This document shows positions 9,238 through 19,002 of a DNA stretch of 64,000 nucleotides, in pieces (the stretch's first letter is position 1; each line of letters opens with the position of its first letter). Below the pieces are notes generated by a model. That model saw only the letters and a list, made by a program, of their open reading frames with translations, was not told where the DNA came from and searched no databases. Source of the DNA: Escherichia phage ECO07P1. The stretch lies in the sequence record OP172784, one strand, 5' to 3'. A program made the position numbers and the translations under genes.

Positions 9238-9863
9238 TGCTTTATCAAATGCACAAGTGCAAAGACACGTACAAATATAAAGGTGCCCAGTGTTATATCA
9301 TTAATCGTGAAAACGCAGGTCCAGGTCATTCGCATCAATCGCGGTTTGTATTCGTTAAAAACAACGAAATTATAGCAGTTGCTAATTACATGCTTGCGAC
9401 TAGTGATGTTAATCCGGTGCCTTTTACATATTATAATCTAATGGACTTGGCGTACGATTATAATTGGTTTAATCATGATAATTTGGCTCATATTGAAGGC
9501 GTAGGATTTGACATCTCTTATTCTAGTTACTCGTTGTGTCCTATGAGCCGAGCTCATAAAGAGCCTGAATATTTTTCATTTCATCGGCGTGTAGACTTTA
9601 AACGCAGCACAGAGTATATCGGTGGAATCTTTGTTAAAGATAATCGAATTACTCGCATTATTTATCCTTTGGGCTGTGGTCAAAAAGATATTGATGTTGA
9701 TTTAGACTTTACTGAAAACATCATTAATCATATTGCTTCTGTGTATTTTGATATTGATCATAAAATTGTAATATGTGGATATGAATTACCATCAGAAAAA
9801 CAGTCTAAAGTGAATGTTTCTATTGATGACCAAATTTTTAATGCTTTTATGAATAGAGGTTAA
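9237..9863 (+). CDS. Hypothetical protein (T4 61.2 position)
   Basis: 208-aa ORF; TAATG overlap with sp. Confidence 0.55.
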   Translation: MLYQMHKCKDTYKYKGAQCYIINRENAGPGHSHQSRFVFVKNNEIIAVANYMLATSDVNPVPFTYYNLMDLAYDYNWFNHDNLAHIEGVGFDISYSSYSLCPMSRAHKEPEYFSFHRRVDFKRSTEYIGGIFVKDNRITRIIYPLGCGQKDIDVDLDFTENIINHIASVYFDIDHKIVICGYELPSEKQSKVNVSIDDQIFNAFMNRG

Positions 9864-9864
9864 T

Positions 9865-10029
9865 ATGAAAACATATAAAGAATTTATCAAAGAAGATATG
9901 GTAGCTGGAGATTCGGGTGGTAATCCTGAAAATATCTCTACTGGAACAACGTCAGGCGCTGTAGTAAATAAAGGCCCTGAACAGATTCCTAAAAAGAAAA
10001 AAGAGGAATCTAAAGAAAAAGAAGAGTAA
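9865..10029 (+). CDS. Small hypothetical protein (54 aa, T4 61.1 position)
   Basis: ATG at 9865, acidic/lysine-rich; below track cutoff. Confidence 0.4.
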   Translation: MKTYKEFIKEDMVAGDSGGNPENISTGTTSGAVVNKGPEQIPKKKKEESKEKEE

Positions 10030-10031
10030 AA

Positions 10032-11060
10032 ATGTCATCAATACCTTGGATTGATAATGAGTTTGCATATCGTGCATTAGCTCATTTACCTAAATTTACA
10101 CAAGTAAATAATAGTTCAACTTTTAAATTGCGGTTTAGATGCCCTGTTTGTGGAGATTCAAAAACCGACCAAAATAAAGCTCGTGGATGGTATTATGGCG
10201 ATAATAATGAAGGAAATATTCATTGTTATAACTGTAACTATCATGCACCAATCGGAATATATTTAAAGGAGTTTGAACCCGATTTATATCGTGAGTATAT
10301 CTTTGAAATAAGAAAAGAAAAAGGTAAAAGTCGTCCAGTAGAAAAACCTAAAGAACTTCCTAAACAACCTGAGAAGAAAATAATTAAATCTCTTCCGTCA
10401 TGTGTTAGATTAGATAAACTGGCGGAAGACCATCCAATTATAAAATATGTAAAAGCTCGTTGTATTCCAAAGGATAAATGGAAATATCTTTGGTTTACAA
10501 CCGAATGGCCTAAATTAGTTAATAGTATAGCACCAGGAACATACAAAAAGGAAATACCTGAGCCTCGTCTTGTTATTCCAATTTATAATGCTAATGGAAA
10601 AGCTGAGTCTTTTCAAGGACGTGCATTAAAGAAAGATGCTCCCCAAAAATATATCACCATCAAAGCTTATCCTGAAGCAACAAAAATCTATGGCGTTGAA
10701 CGAGTTAAAGATGGTGATGTATATGTTCTAGAAGGACCTATAGATTCACTTTTTATTGAAAATGGTATAGCTATTACAGGTGGTCAATTAGACCTAGAAA
10801 TTGTTCCATTTAAAGATAGACGTGTATGGGTTTTAGATAATGAACCTCGTCATCCTGACACTATTAAACGAATGACTAAATTGGTTGATGCAGGAGAAAG
10901 GGTTATGTTTTGGGACAAATCTCCCTGGAAATCAAAAGATGTTAATGATATGATTAGAAAGGAAGGTGCAACCCCTGAACAAATTATGGAATATATGAAA
11001 AATAATATTGCGCAGGGGTTGATGGCTAAAATGCGGCTATCTAAATATGCTAAGATTTAA
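10032..11060 (+). CDS. 61: gp61 DNA primase
   Basis: 342 aa; N-terminal zinc ribbon CPVCGDS...CYNCNYH; matches T4 gp61. Confidence 0.95.
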   Translation: MSSIPWIDNEFAYRALAHLPKFTQVNNSSTFKLRFRCPVCGDSKTDQNKARGWYYGDNNEGNIHCYNCNYHAPIGIYLKEFEPDLYREYIFEIRKEKGKSRPVEKPKELPKQPEKKIIKSLPSCVRLDKLAEDHPIIKYVKARCIPKDKWKYLWFTTEWPKLVNSIAPGTYKKEIPEPRLVIPIYNANGKAESFQGRALKKDAPQKYITIKAYPEATKIYGVERVKDGDVYVLEGPIDSLFIENGIAITGGQLDLEIVPFKDRRVWVLDNEPRHPDTIKRMTKLVDAGERVMFWDKSPWKSKDVNDMIRKEGATPEQIMEYMKNNIAQGLMAKMRLSKYAKI

Positions 11061-11257
11061 ATTAACCCAACTAAAGCAAATGCTAAATCTACGAATGTAT
11101 CAAGAGTAATTACTGGAATATTAACGCCATGAGCAATAGCAATTGGCGATAAAACAAAATTCCAAAGTAAAATTCCTACCATAGCAGAAATAGTAAAAGC
11201 TATACGTTTTTTATTACCTTTTATGGCATTAACAAGTGCCATTAATTTTTGTACCAT
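11057..11257 (-). CDS. Small two-TM membrane protein (66 aa), antisense to the surrounding early genes
   Basis: GGAGGA SD 3 nt upstream of ATG on - strand; late-promoter-like AATAAATA about 22 nt upstream; stop overlaps gene 61 stop. Confidence 0.4.
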   Translation of the reverse strand: MVQKLMALVNAIKGNKKRIAFTISAMVGILLWNFVLSPIAIAHGVNIPVITLDTFVDLAFALVGLI

Positions 11258-11327
11258 ATGTCCTCCTTATTGCTTTATATATTTATTGTATAATTAATCT
11301 ACTAATCCATGAATTGAAAGGATATAT

Positions 11328-11978
11328 GTGAATTACCAAAAAATTTACTCGGCTTTAATTACAAAAGCTAAATGCCGGCATCTTGGTGGATATAAAGAAC
11401 GCCATCATATAATTCCTAGATGTATGGGAGGAGCAGATGACAAAAACAATCTTGTTGAGTTAACTGCGCGTGAGCATTTTATAGCTCATAGATTATTAAC
11501 CAAAATATATCCAGATGTGAGAGGATTGCATTATGCTGTAAATTTAATGCGATATAATAAAGGTGTTAAATTAACAAGTAGATTAATAGAAACCCTTAAA
11601 ATTCAAAACTCTGTTCTTTTCTCGGGTGAAAATAATCCTAGATATGGCAAGCCGTCATGGATTAAAGGCAAAAAGACCCCAGAAGAAACTAAAGCCAAAA
11701 TGCGTCTAGCTCATAAAGGTAAAATTATATCCGATGAAGCCAAGGCTAATATGAGTAAAGCCCGAAAAGGAAGATTTAGCGGTAAAAATTCACCTCGATA
11801 TGGTTTACCGAATCCAAGACGTGGTGAGATATGGAATTCGTATGATTCGCTTTACGAGTTGTGGGTTTATAATAATAGACCTAAGCGCACAAAATTTAAT
11901 AAAATAGCTGTCAAGGCAGGTTATCCTAATATCTGCTATAGACATATGATAGAAAACTTCATAAGAAAGGAAAAATAA
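11328..11978 (+). CDS. Free-standing HNH homing endonuclease (216 aa), GTG start
   Basis: HNH motif ERHHIIPRCMGGADDKNNLVELTAREHFIAH; repeated NPRYG-type DNA-binding repeats; AAGGA SD before GTG. Confidence 0.8.
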   Translation: MNYQKIYSALITKAKCRHLGGYKERHHIIPRCMGGADDKNNLVELTAREHFIAHRLLTKIYPDVRGLHYAVNLMRYNKGVKLTSRLIETLKIQNSVLFSGENNPRYGKPSWIKGKKTPEETKAKMRLAHKGKIISDEAKANMSKARKGRFSGKNSPRYGLPNPRRGEIWNSYDSLYELWVYNNRPKRTKFNKIAVKAGYPNICYRHMIENFIRKEK

Positions 11979-11979
11979 C

Positions 11980-12498
11980 ATGCCACATTTCAACGAATGT
12001 AGTCATCTGATCGAAGGCGCTGATAAAGCTCAAAATGAATACTGGGATATTCTCGGTGATGAAAAAGACCCGCTGCAAGTTATGCTTGATATGCAGAAAT
12101 CTCTGCAGGTTCGTTTAGCTAAAGATAAACCTGAATATAACCGTCATCCTGATGATTTGGCTACTGCAGGTGAAGTTGTCGATTGGCTGCGTAATCAGAA
12201 AGATTACATTGATGATGAATTCCGCGAACTTCTGACTTCTCTTGGTGGTATGAGCAATGGTGAAAAAGATGCATCTGCTGTATGGAAGCCTTGGAAGTCG
12301 CAGCATGGTGAACGCCGTGAAACTCTAATTACTGATTTGTCTCCTCAAGACCAGTTGGAAATTAAATTCGAAATGATTGATATTCTTCATTTCGTTCTGA
12401 ACATGTTCCAAGGTCTCGGTCTTACGGCTGAAGAAATCTTTAAACTTTATTATCTGAAAAATGCTGAAAACTTTGCTCGTCAAGACCGAGGTTATTAA
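11980..12498 (+). CDS. 56: gp56 dCTPase/dUTPase (MazG-like)
   Basis: 172 aa matching T4 gp56. Confidence 0.9.
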   Translation: MPHFNECSHLIEGADKAQNEYWDILGDEKDPLQVMLDMQKSLQVRLAKDKPEYNRHPDDLATAGEVVDWLRNQKDYIDDEFRELLTSLGGMSNGEKDASAVWKPWKSQHGERRETLITDLSPQDQLEIKFEMIDILHFVLNMFQGLGLTAEEIFKLYYLKNAENFARQDRGY

Positions 12499-12532
12499 TA
12501 TAAATGACGGCTTAAAAGCTGTGAGAATTTAT

Positions 12533-12540
12533 TATAAATA
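12533..12540 (+). promoter_or_regulatory. T4 late promoter TATAAATA upstream of soc
   Basis: Exact TATAAATA about 30 nt upstream of soc ATG. Confidence 0.5.
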
Positions 12541-12570
12541 GTCATGTAATTTAAATAAAAGGAGAATTAC

Positions 12571-12816
12571 ATGGCTAGTACTCGCGGTTATGTTAATATT
12601 AAAACATTTGAGCAAAAATTAGATGGAAATAAGAAAATTGAAGGAAAGGAAATTTCTGTAGCTTTCCCTCTTTATTCTGACGTTCACAAAATTTCTGGTG
12701 CTCATTACCAGATATTCCCTTCAGAAAAAGCAGCATATACTACTGTATACGAAGAAAATCAACGTGATGCATGGATTGCTGCAAACGAAGATCTGTGGAA
12801 AGTAACTGGTGGTTAA
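12571..12816 (+). CDS. soc: Soc, small outer capsid protein
   Basis: 81-aa ORF near-identical to T4 Soc (MASTRGYVNIKTFEQ...). Confidence 0.9.
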   Translation: MASTRGYVNIKTFEQKLDGNKKIEGKEISVAFPLYSDVHKISGAHYQIFPSEKAAYTTVYEENQRDAWIAANEDLWKVTGG

Positions 12817-12824
12817 TAATTCAA

Positions 12825-12847
12825 GGACTCCTTCGGGAGTCCTTTTT
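12825..12847 (+). terminator. Rho-independent terminator with UUCG loop after soc
   Basis: ggactcc-ttcg-ggagtcc followed by TTTTT. Confidence 0.55.
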
Positions 12848-12857
12848 CATTTTGCCA

Positions 12858-12888
12858 GTTTACTTTCCAAAATGAGTATGGTATAATA
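12858..12888 (+). promoter_or_regulatory. T4-type early promoter
   Basis: GTTTAC 12858-12863, TATAAT 12883-12888. Confidence 0.45.
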
Positions 12889-12913
12889 AAACTATCTTAT
12901 AGAGGAGAGCACT

Positions 12914-13126
12914 ATGTTAAATCGCTGGATTAAACCAAATGAAGACCTTCAGAAGGTTCTTGATAAAGCTATCTCTGATAAATGGGGTATGAAAAGCTGG
13001 GATTGTGATATCGTCACGCATTCATTCATGATGCATGCAGATGGTTCAGTCGAGTTCAATGCTGAAATGCGATACACTGACTGGGGTGGATTTCAAAGAG
13101 TCGAATTTCAAAGAGGCTTTTTGTAA
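12914..13126 (+). CDS. Hypothetical protein
   Basis: 70-aa ORF with AGGAG SD. Confidence 0.45.
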   Translation: MLNRWIKPNEDLQKVLDKAISDKWGMKSWDCDIVTHSFMMHADGSVEFNAEMRYTDWGGFQRVEFQRGFL

Positions 13127-13467
13127 TGTTTATCTTTAATTGGTTTAAAAGCTTCTTTACAGATTTTTTCTCTACAACTCCTGGAGAAGGTGTAGTTCCT
13201 ATTTCAAACGACTACCTTCCTTTAACTGTAGTTGAATATGTTTATATGGGAGATGGAACAGTAGAAGCAGTTACTATGACTTATGAAGAAGCCCAAGAAT
13301 ATTATAAAAATCCTTGGCGCTGGTCAACACCTACTGCATCATCTAATACACAGAATACACAGTCTAGTTCTGATTCATATGACACTAATGTTCCTGTTCA
13401 TGTATGGACGGGCGATTCGTGTGGAAGTTCTTGCGATTCTAGTTGTTCATCTACATCTTGTGATTGA
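13126..13467 (+). CDS. Hypothetical protein with Ser/Cys-rich C-terminal tail
   Basis: 113-aa ORF, ATGA-type coupling; tail [18 protein letters not shown]. Confidence 0.45.
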   Translation: MFIFNWFKSFFTDFFSTTPGEGVVPISNDYLPLTVVEYVYMGDGTVEAVTMTYEEAQEYYKNPWRWSTPTASSNTQNTQSSSDSYDTNVPVHVWTGDSCGSSCDSSCSSTSCD

Positions 13468-13475
13468 GGAAAATT

Positions 13476-13961
13476 ATGGAAGCGATTTTGTTTGAAATGT
13501 ATATTAGCAGTAATAGTATGTCGTTTGCTAAAGACGTTCCAATTACCGTAGCAGTAATGATTGATAAGGGTTATTGTGACCCAATGTATCTCGTAGAAAA
13601 TTTTGTTTCAATGCCAGTTCCAGAAGATGCTGAAATAAAACTTAAAAAGATTGGTATTATTGAAACTGTACCAAATATTCCATTTAGAGCAATTGAAGCA
13701 TTTACTAAATCCGAATACATTAATGTTAGTGCAGAACAATATAATGATAAACCTTTATCTTTTTATTCGTACGATTCAGTATATAACTGGAAAATAGATA
13801 AAGGAAACAAATTTATAATTGCGAGTGAAGATGCTTTATCATATTTTATTTCTTCTATATGGAATAGTTTACATCCAAATTTGCTAAAAATTCATAAATT
13901 TGATGATGCTCCTACTGTTGTTTTAGGTAAAACAAATGAAAGTTCTGAAGAAAATGCTTGA
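13476..13961 (+). CDS. Hypothetical protein (161 aa; possibly Mrh-like by size and position)
   Basis: ATG at 13476 with GAGGA SD (track ORF begins at TTG 13464). Confidence 0.45.
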   Translation: MEAILFEMYISSNSMSFAKDVPITVAVMIDKGYCDPMYLVENFVSMPVPEDAEIKLKKIGIIETVPNIPFRAIEAFTKSEYINVSAEQYNDKPLSFYSYDSVYNWKIDKGNKFIIASEDALSYFISSIWNSLHPNLLKIHKFDDAPTVVLGKTNESSEENA

Positions 13962-14139
13962 ATGGTTCAATAGACCAAACTCAATGTACATTGACGATGG
14001 TTGGGTTGAACAGGCAAATAAAGAAATGCAGAACGAATCGGAAGAATGGATGAAATCAATGATTAGTGCTGAGAAAGAAAAGAAATTAGAACGCTCAGCG
14101 CTTAAATTGATGAGAGACATCTATGGGGATAAATCGTGA
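13936..14139 (+). CDS. Hypothetical protein
   Basis: 67-aa ORF overlapping previous gene end; alternative ATG at 13954. Confidence 0.35.
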   Translation: MKVLKKMLEWFNRPNSMYIDDGWVEQANKEMQNESEEWMKSMISAEKEKKLERSALKLMRDIYGDKS

Positions 14140-14147
14140 ACAGAGAT

Positions 14148-14300
14148 ATGACGTTAGAAGAGGCCAAGGCTAAAGCAAATGAAGCATTGGATTTGCTTCT
14201 TAAAATTGGCAGTAAAATGATGGAAGAAAATGAGAAATACATTCAGGAAAACAAAATTCCTGACGGCCCATTAGTAGGCAAGAGGAAATCACATGATTGA
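14148..14300 (+). CDS. Small hypothetical protein (50 aa)
   Basis: ATG at 14148, ends overlapping next ORF start; below track cutoff. Confidence 0.3.
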   Translation: MTLEEAKAKANEALDLLLKIGSKMMEENEKYIQENKIPDGPLVGKRKSHD

Positions 14301-14763
14301 AGTAGCAAAACTATATTCAATAGAATTTATGTCTAAAGAAGGTAAATCGGTAAATACACTTGACAAAAAGTGCTCATTAATTATTTCTTTAGCAGAAAAT
14401 CCGGATATTTTAATTAAAGATATAAAAGAAAGAAAATATCCAGAAGATGTTATTCTAATTATAAAGCATACTGAAGATATTTTGCAGCATACTGATTCAC
14501 CATTTTCTTCTTCTGAGGCTTTAACTATCAAAGGCTATAAAAGAGCTCATGAATATGGTCTTTTTGACCTGTTTGAAGATGATAAAGTTAAATTAGCGAG
14601 TCAACCTTCTAAAAGTAAAACATTCATTATTGAAGATATTAAAGATATAAATGCATTTGTTAAGATGGTCTGGGCTCATTTTGATGTTGGACTGCGCTGG
14701 AGAATGTCCGAAGAAGAAAGAAAAATTATTGAAGCTAATCGTTATTTTGGTTTTTATCGCTAG
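14293..14763 (+). CDS. Hypothetical protein
   Basis: 156-aa ORF. Confidence 0.45.
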   Translation: MIEVAKLYSIEFMSKEGKSVNTLDKKCSLIISLAENPDILIKDIKERKYPEDVILIIKHTEDILQHTDSPFSSSEALTIKGYKRAHEYGLFDLFEDDKVKLASQPSKSKTFIIEDIKDINAFVKMVWAHFDVGLRWRMSEEERKIIEANRYFGFYR

Positions 14764-14771
14764 GAATTAAT

Positions 14772-14954
14772 ATGGATTTATTTGAGATGTTAGAAGATAA
14801 TCATTCTACGAATATCCAGAATGATTCTAGTGATTATAAGAAAGAGTACCGTATAGTATTACAGAATTATGGAATTGAAGCCCCAGATGCTCTTCTAGAA
14901 GAACTAGCTTCATACCATCTTGACCCTCCGCCCTGGGCTCCCTGGGCAAAATAA
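14772..14954 (+). CDS. Hypothetical protein with proline-rich C-terminus
   Basis: 60-aa ORF ending PPPWAPWAK. Confidence 0.4.
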   Translation: MDLFEMLEDNHSTNIQNDSSDYKKEYRIVLQNYGIEAPDALLEELASYHLDPPPWAPWAK

Positions 14955-14965
14955 TTCAAAAAGTT

Positions 14966-14995
14966 GTTTACTTTCCTTCCTAACAATGATATGAT
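14966..14995 (+). promoter_or_regulatory. T4-type early promoter upstream of modB
   Basis: GTTTAC 14966-14971, 18-bp spacer, TATGAT. Confidence 0.45.
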
Positions 14996-15021
14996 AGCTT
15001 CTGAAGTATATGGAGGCTATC

Positions 15022-15645
15022 ATGATTATTAATCTTGCAGATGTTGAACAGTTATCTATAAAAGCTGAAAGCGTTGATTTTCAATATGATATGTATAAAA
15101 AGGTCTGTGAAAAATTTACTGACTTTGAACAGTCAGTTCTTTGGCAATGTATGGAAGCCAAAAAGAATGAAGCTCTTCATCGGCAGTTGAATAAAATCAT
15201 TAAAAAGCATTTAACTAAATCGCCTTATCAGCTATATCGTGGTATATCAAAATCGACAAAAGAACTCATTAAAGATTTACAAGTTGGAGAAGTGTTTTCA
15301 ACGAACAGAGTAGATTCATTTACTACTAGTTTGCATACAGCGTGTTCTTTTTCTTATGCTGAATATTTCACTGAAATAGTACTTCGCTTAAAAACTGATA
15401 AAGCTTTTAATTACTCTGACCATATCAGCGATATTATACTTTCTTCTCCTAATACTGAGTTTAAGTATACATATGAAGATACTGATGGATTAGATTCAGA
15501 ACGTACTGATAACTTAATGATGATTGTACATGAACAAGAATGGATGATTCCAATTGGAAAGTATAAAATAACTTCTATTTCAAAAGAAAAATTACACGAT
15601 TCGTTTGGAACATTTAAAGTGTATGATATTGAGGTAGTTGAATGA
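15022..15645 (+). CDS. modB: ModB ADP-ribosyltransferase (207 aa)
   Basis: R-S-E ART signature (YRGIS, FTTSL, EQEWMIP); ATG at 15022 with GGAGG SD; size and order as T4 ModB. Confidence 0.7.
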   Translation: MIINLADVEQLSIKAESVDFQYDMYKKVCEKFTDFEQSVLWQCMEAKKNEALHRQLNKIIKKHLTKSPYQLYRGISKSTKELIKDLQVGEVFSTNRVDSFTTSLHTACSFSYAEYFTEIVLRLKTDKAFNYSDHISDIILSSPNTEFKYTYEDTDGLDSERTDNLMMIVHEQEWMIPIGKYKITSISKEKLHDSFGTFKVYDIEVVE

Positions 15646-16244
15646 AATATTCAGCAATGCAATTAAAAGATTTTAAAATCAAATCAATGGATGCATCGGT
15701 GCGTGCTTCTATTCGTGAAGAATTACTTTCTGAAGGATTTAATTTATCCGAAATTGAACTTTTAATTCATTGTATTACTAATAAGCCAGACGATCATTCT
15801 TGGTTAAATGAAATAATCAAATCTCGTTTGGAACCAAACGATAAACCTCTTTGGAGAGGTGTTCCAGTTGAGACTAAGCAGGTGTTAAATCAAGGAATTG
15901 ATATTATTACATTTGATAAAGTAGTATCAGCTTCATATGATAAAAATATAGCTCTACATTTTGCTTCTGGATTAGAATACAATACACAAGTTATTTTTGA
16001 ATTCAAAGCTCCTATGGTATTTAATTTCCAGGAGTATGCTATAAAAGCTCTACGTTGTAAAGAATATAGTCCAAGTTTTAAGTTTCCAGATAGCCATCGC
16101 TATCGTAATATGGAATTAGTTTCAGATGAACAAGAAGTAATGATACCAGCTGGAAGTGTATTTAGAATTGCGGATAGATATGAGTATAAAAAGTATTCAA
16201 CATACACTATCTATACTCTTGACTTTGAAGGATTTAATCTATAA
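15642..16244 (+). CDS. modA: ModA ADP-ribosyltransferase (200 aa)
   Basis: R-S-E ART signature (LWRGV, SASYD, EQEVMIP); paralogue of the upstream gene. Confidence 0.7.
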   Translation: MKYSAMQLKDFKIKSMDASVRASIREELLSEGFNLSEIELLIHCITNKPDDHSWLNEIIKSRLEPNDKPLWRGVPVETKQVLNQGIDIITFDKVVSASYDKNIALHFASGLEYNTQVIFEFKAPMVFNFQEYAIKALRCKEYSPSFKFPDSHRYRNMELVSDEQEVMIPAGSVFRIADRYEYKKYSTYTIYTLDFEGFNL

Positions 16245-16300
16245 TGGAAGGACTTAGATTCATTATACCATGAAAGTTTTAAAGCATTTTTCATAAAGTT

Positions 16301-16330
16301 GTTTACAATCTGAAGTAAAAATGTTATAGT
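16301..16330 (+). promoter_or_regulatory. T4-type early promoter upstream of srd
   Basis: GTTTAC 16301-16306, 18-bp spacer, TATAGT. Confidence 0.45.
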
Positions 16331-16359
16331 ATAAGTAGTTAACCGTCCGTGAGAAAAAT

Positions 16360-17106
16360 ATGAAACTGTCTAATAATCAAATTCGTAAAATTACACGTCG
16401 TTTAGAGCACACTCAGGCATCTGCCAAAAGACGTTCTAAAGATTTTAACTTAGACTTCAATTACATTAAGAACATTTTAGATCAGAAAGTTTGCGCTTAC
16501 TCAGGAGAACCTTTTGATAATCGTATTGAAGGAGAGAAATTATCATTAGAACGTTTTGATAATAACGTTGGATACATTAAAGGGAATGTTATTGCAGTAA
16601 AGAAAAAGTATAATACATTTCGTTCTGATTATACTTTAGAAGAGTTGATTGAAAAGCGTGATTTATTTGCTTTGCGAATTGGTCGTTCATCTGCGAAAAA
16701 AGTTCATAAACTAAATTTAGATGAAAAGAAATGGGCTAAAATCAAAAAGACTTATAATCAAATTAAAGCTATACAGAAAAAACGTGAAAACCGAATTGAG
16801 CACATTTCTCAGCTTTCTAAATCAAAACAAACTTCTGACGTTAAGCTAACGATTATAGCACTCAAAGCTCGTATTGATGGTTCTCGTATAGCAGAAGGCG
16901 CTGAAGTTGTTAAATTGAACGTTCTTCTTAAAGGCTCTGATTGGAAAACCGTGAAAAAGTTGTCAGAAGCAGAAATGCAATATGATATGTGTGATAAAAT
17001 TATTCAAGGTGTAGAGCGGTATCAAAACTTGTCTTTTATTGATAAACTTAAACTGAAAAGAGGATACCCGCTAAATTGTTCAATTTTTAAACTTATCCGA
17101 GGATAA
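16360..17106 (+). CDS. srd: Srd-like protein (248 aa), basic/lysine-rich
   Basis: Position between modA and dda as in T4; size consistent with Srd. Confidence 0.55.
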   Translation: MKLSNNQIRKITRRLEHTQASAKRRSKDFNLDFNYIKNILDQKVCAYSGEPFDNRIEGEKLSLERFDNNVGYIKGNVIAVKKKYNTFRSDYTLEELIEKRDLFALRIGRSSAKKVHKLNLDEKKWAKIKKTYNQIKAIQKKRENRIEHISQLSKSKQTSDVKLTIIALKARIDGSRIAEGAEVVKLNVLLKGSDWKTVKKLSEAEMQYDMCDKIIQGVERYQNLSFIDKLKLKRGYPLNCSIFKLIRG

Positions 17107-17107
17107 T

Positions 17108-17419
17108 ATGTTTTATGTATATGCGATAGTGTATAGAGATAAAGATGGATTTGCGGTGCCTGTTCCGCTTGATGAACATCGTCCTGCTGTATTTTTTGAA
17201 AGGGAGATTGCTGATAAAGTTTTTACAACTCTTAAAGAGCAGTATCGACTAGCTTTAGGTATGGGAATTCCGAGATTAGTTGAGACTCCACGAAAGTTTT
17301 GGTTTAATAAAATAGAAGTTAAACACGTTAAGCCTGATGTAGACACGCAAAGATTATATCGGCGAATTTTAGATACTGGGCGTATTGTTAGTATACCAAT
17401 TGCAGGGAATTTACGATGA
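17108..17419 (+). CDS. Hypothetical protein (T4 dda.1 position)
   Basis: 103-aa ORF immediately upstream of dda. Confidence 0.5.
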   Translation: MFYVYAIVYRDKDGFAVPVPLDEHRPAVFFEREIADKVFTTLKEQYRLALGMGIPRLVETPRKFWFNKIEVKHVKPDVDTQRLYRRILDTGRIVSIPIAGNLR

Positions 17420-18735
17420 CATTTGATGATTTGACAGAAGGCCAGAAAAATGCCTTTAACATCGTTATGAGGGCTATTAAAGAAAAGAAACATCATGTAA
17501 CTATTAATGGACCTGCTGGTACTGGTAAGACTACTCTTACTAAGTTCATCATTGAAGCCTTAATATCTACGGGCGAAACTGGCATTATTTTAGCAGCTCC
17601 TACTCATGCAGCTAAAAAGATTCTTTCAAAACTGTCAGGGAAAGAAGCGAGTACTATTCACAGTATTCTCAAAATTAACCCAGTAACATATGAAGAAAAC
17701 GTTCTTTTTGAGCAAAAAGAAGTACCGGATTTGGCTAAATGCAGAGTATTAATCTGCGACGAAGTGTCAATGTATGATAGAAAGCTATTTAAAATTTTGC
17801 TTTCAACTATTCCCCCATGGTGTACTATAATTGGAATAGGCGATAATAAGCAAATTAGACCTGTTGACCCAGGAGAAAACACTGCTTATATCAGTCCATT
17901 CTTTACACATAAAGATTTTTATCAGTGTGAACTCACTGAAGTTAAACGCAGTAATGCTCCTATTATTGATGTAGCTACTGATGTTCGTAATGGTAAGTGG
18001 ATTTATGATAAAATTGTTGACGGGCATGGAGTACGTGGATTTACTGGTGATACCGCTTTACGCGATTTTATGGTAAATTATTTTTCAATCGTAAAATCAC
18101 TAGATGATTTGTTTGAAAATCGCGTAATGGCATTTACGAATAAATCTGTTGATAAGTTAAATAGCATTATTCGCAAAAAGATTTTTGAAACTGATAAAGA
18201 TTTTATCGTTGGTGAAATTATTGTAATGCAGGAACCATTAATTAAAACATATAAAATTGATGGAAAGCCTGTGTCAGAAATTATTTTTAATAACGGACAA
18301 TTAGTTCGTATTATAGAAGCAGAGTATACATCAACGTTTGTTAAAGCTCGTGGTGTTTCTGGAGAATATCTAATTCGTCATTGGGATTTAACAGTAGAAA
18401 CTTACGGCGATGATGAATATTATCGTGAAAAGATTAAAATAATTTCATCTGATGAAGAGCTGTATAAGTTTAACTTATTTTTAGGTAAAACGGCGGAAAC
18501 TTATAAAAATTGGAATAAAGGTGGAAAAGCTCCATGGAGTGATTTTTGGGATGCTAAATCGCAGTTTAGTAAAGTGAAAGCACTTCCTGCATCAACATTC
18601 CATAAAGCTCAGGGCATGTCTGTAGACCGTGCTTTTATCTATACGCCTTGTATTCATTATGCAGATGCTGAACTAGCTCAGCAGCTTCTTTATGTTGGTG
18701 TAACACGTGGTCGTTATGATGTGTTTTACGTATGA
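17416..18735 (+). CDS. dda: Dda DNA helicase (SF1B)
   Basis: 439 aa, Walker A GPAGTGKTT; near-identical to T4 Dda. Confidence 0.95.
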   Translation: MTFDDLTEGQKNAFNIVMRAIKEKKHHVTINGPAGTGKTTLTKFIIEALISTGETGIILAAPTHAAKKILSKLSGKEASTIHSILKINPVTYEENVLFEQKEVPDLAKCRVLICDEVSMYDRKLFKILLSTIPPWCTIIGIGDNKQIRPVDPGENTAYISPFFTHKDFYQCELTEVKRSNAPIIDVATDVRNGKWIYDKIVDGHGVRGFTGDTALRDFMVNYFSIVKSLDDLFENRVMAFTNKSVDKLNSIIRKKIFETDKDFIVGEIIVMQEPLIKTYKIDGKPVSEIIFNNGQLVRIIEAEYTSTFVKARGVSGEYLIRHWDLTVETYGDDEYYREKIKIISSDEELYKFNLFLGKTAETYKNWNKGGKAPWSDFWDAKSQFSKVKALPASTFHKAQGMSVDRAFIYTPCIHYADAELAQQLLYVGVTRGRYDVFYV

Positions 18736-18756
18736 TTAAATTCGAGGAAGCTATTC

Positions 18757-19002
18757 GTGGAAATAACTAAAGATCAGTTTTATCTGCTCCAAGATAAAGT
18801 AAGCGAAATTTATGAAATAGCTTATAGTAAAAATCGCAAAAACGTGAAAATTGAATCAGGCAAGTTAATGCTTCAATTGGAAGAAATTGAACGAGATTTG
18901 ATTGCGTTAGAATTCTTTTGCGGTGAAGTGAAAACTGTTACAATCAGTGATTATGTTTTAGGTGAAATTAGCCATCTTTATAAGGCGGTTATTAATGATT
19001 GA
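18757..19002 (+). CDS. Hypothetical protein (T4 dexA.2 position), GTG start
   Basis: First in-frame start is GTG at 18757 with GAGGAAG SD. Confidence 0.45.
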   Translation: MEITKDQFYLLQDKVSEIYEIAYSKNRKNVKIESGKLMLQLEEIERDLIALEFFCGEVKTVTISDYVLGEISHLYKAVIND

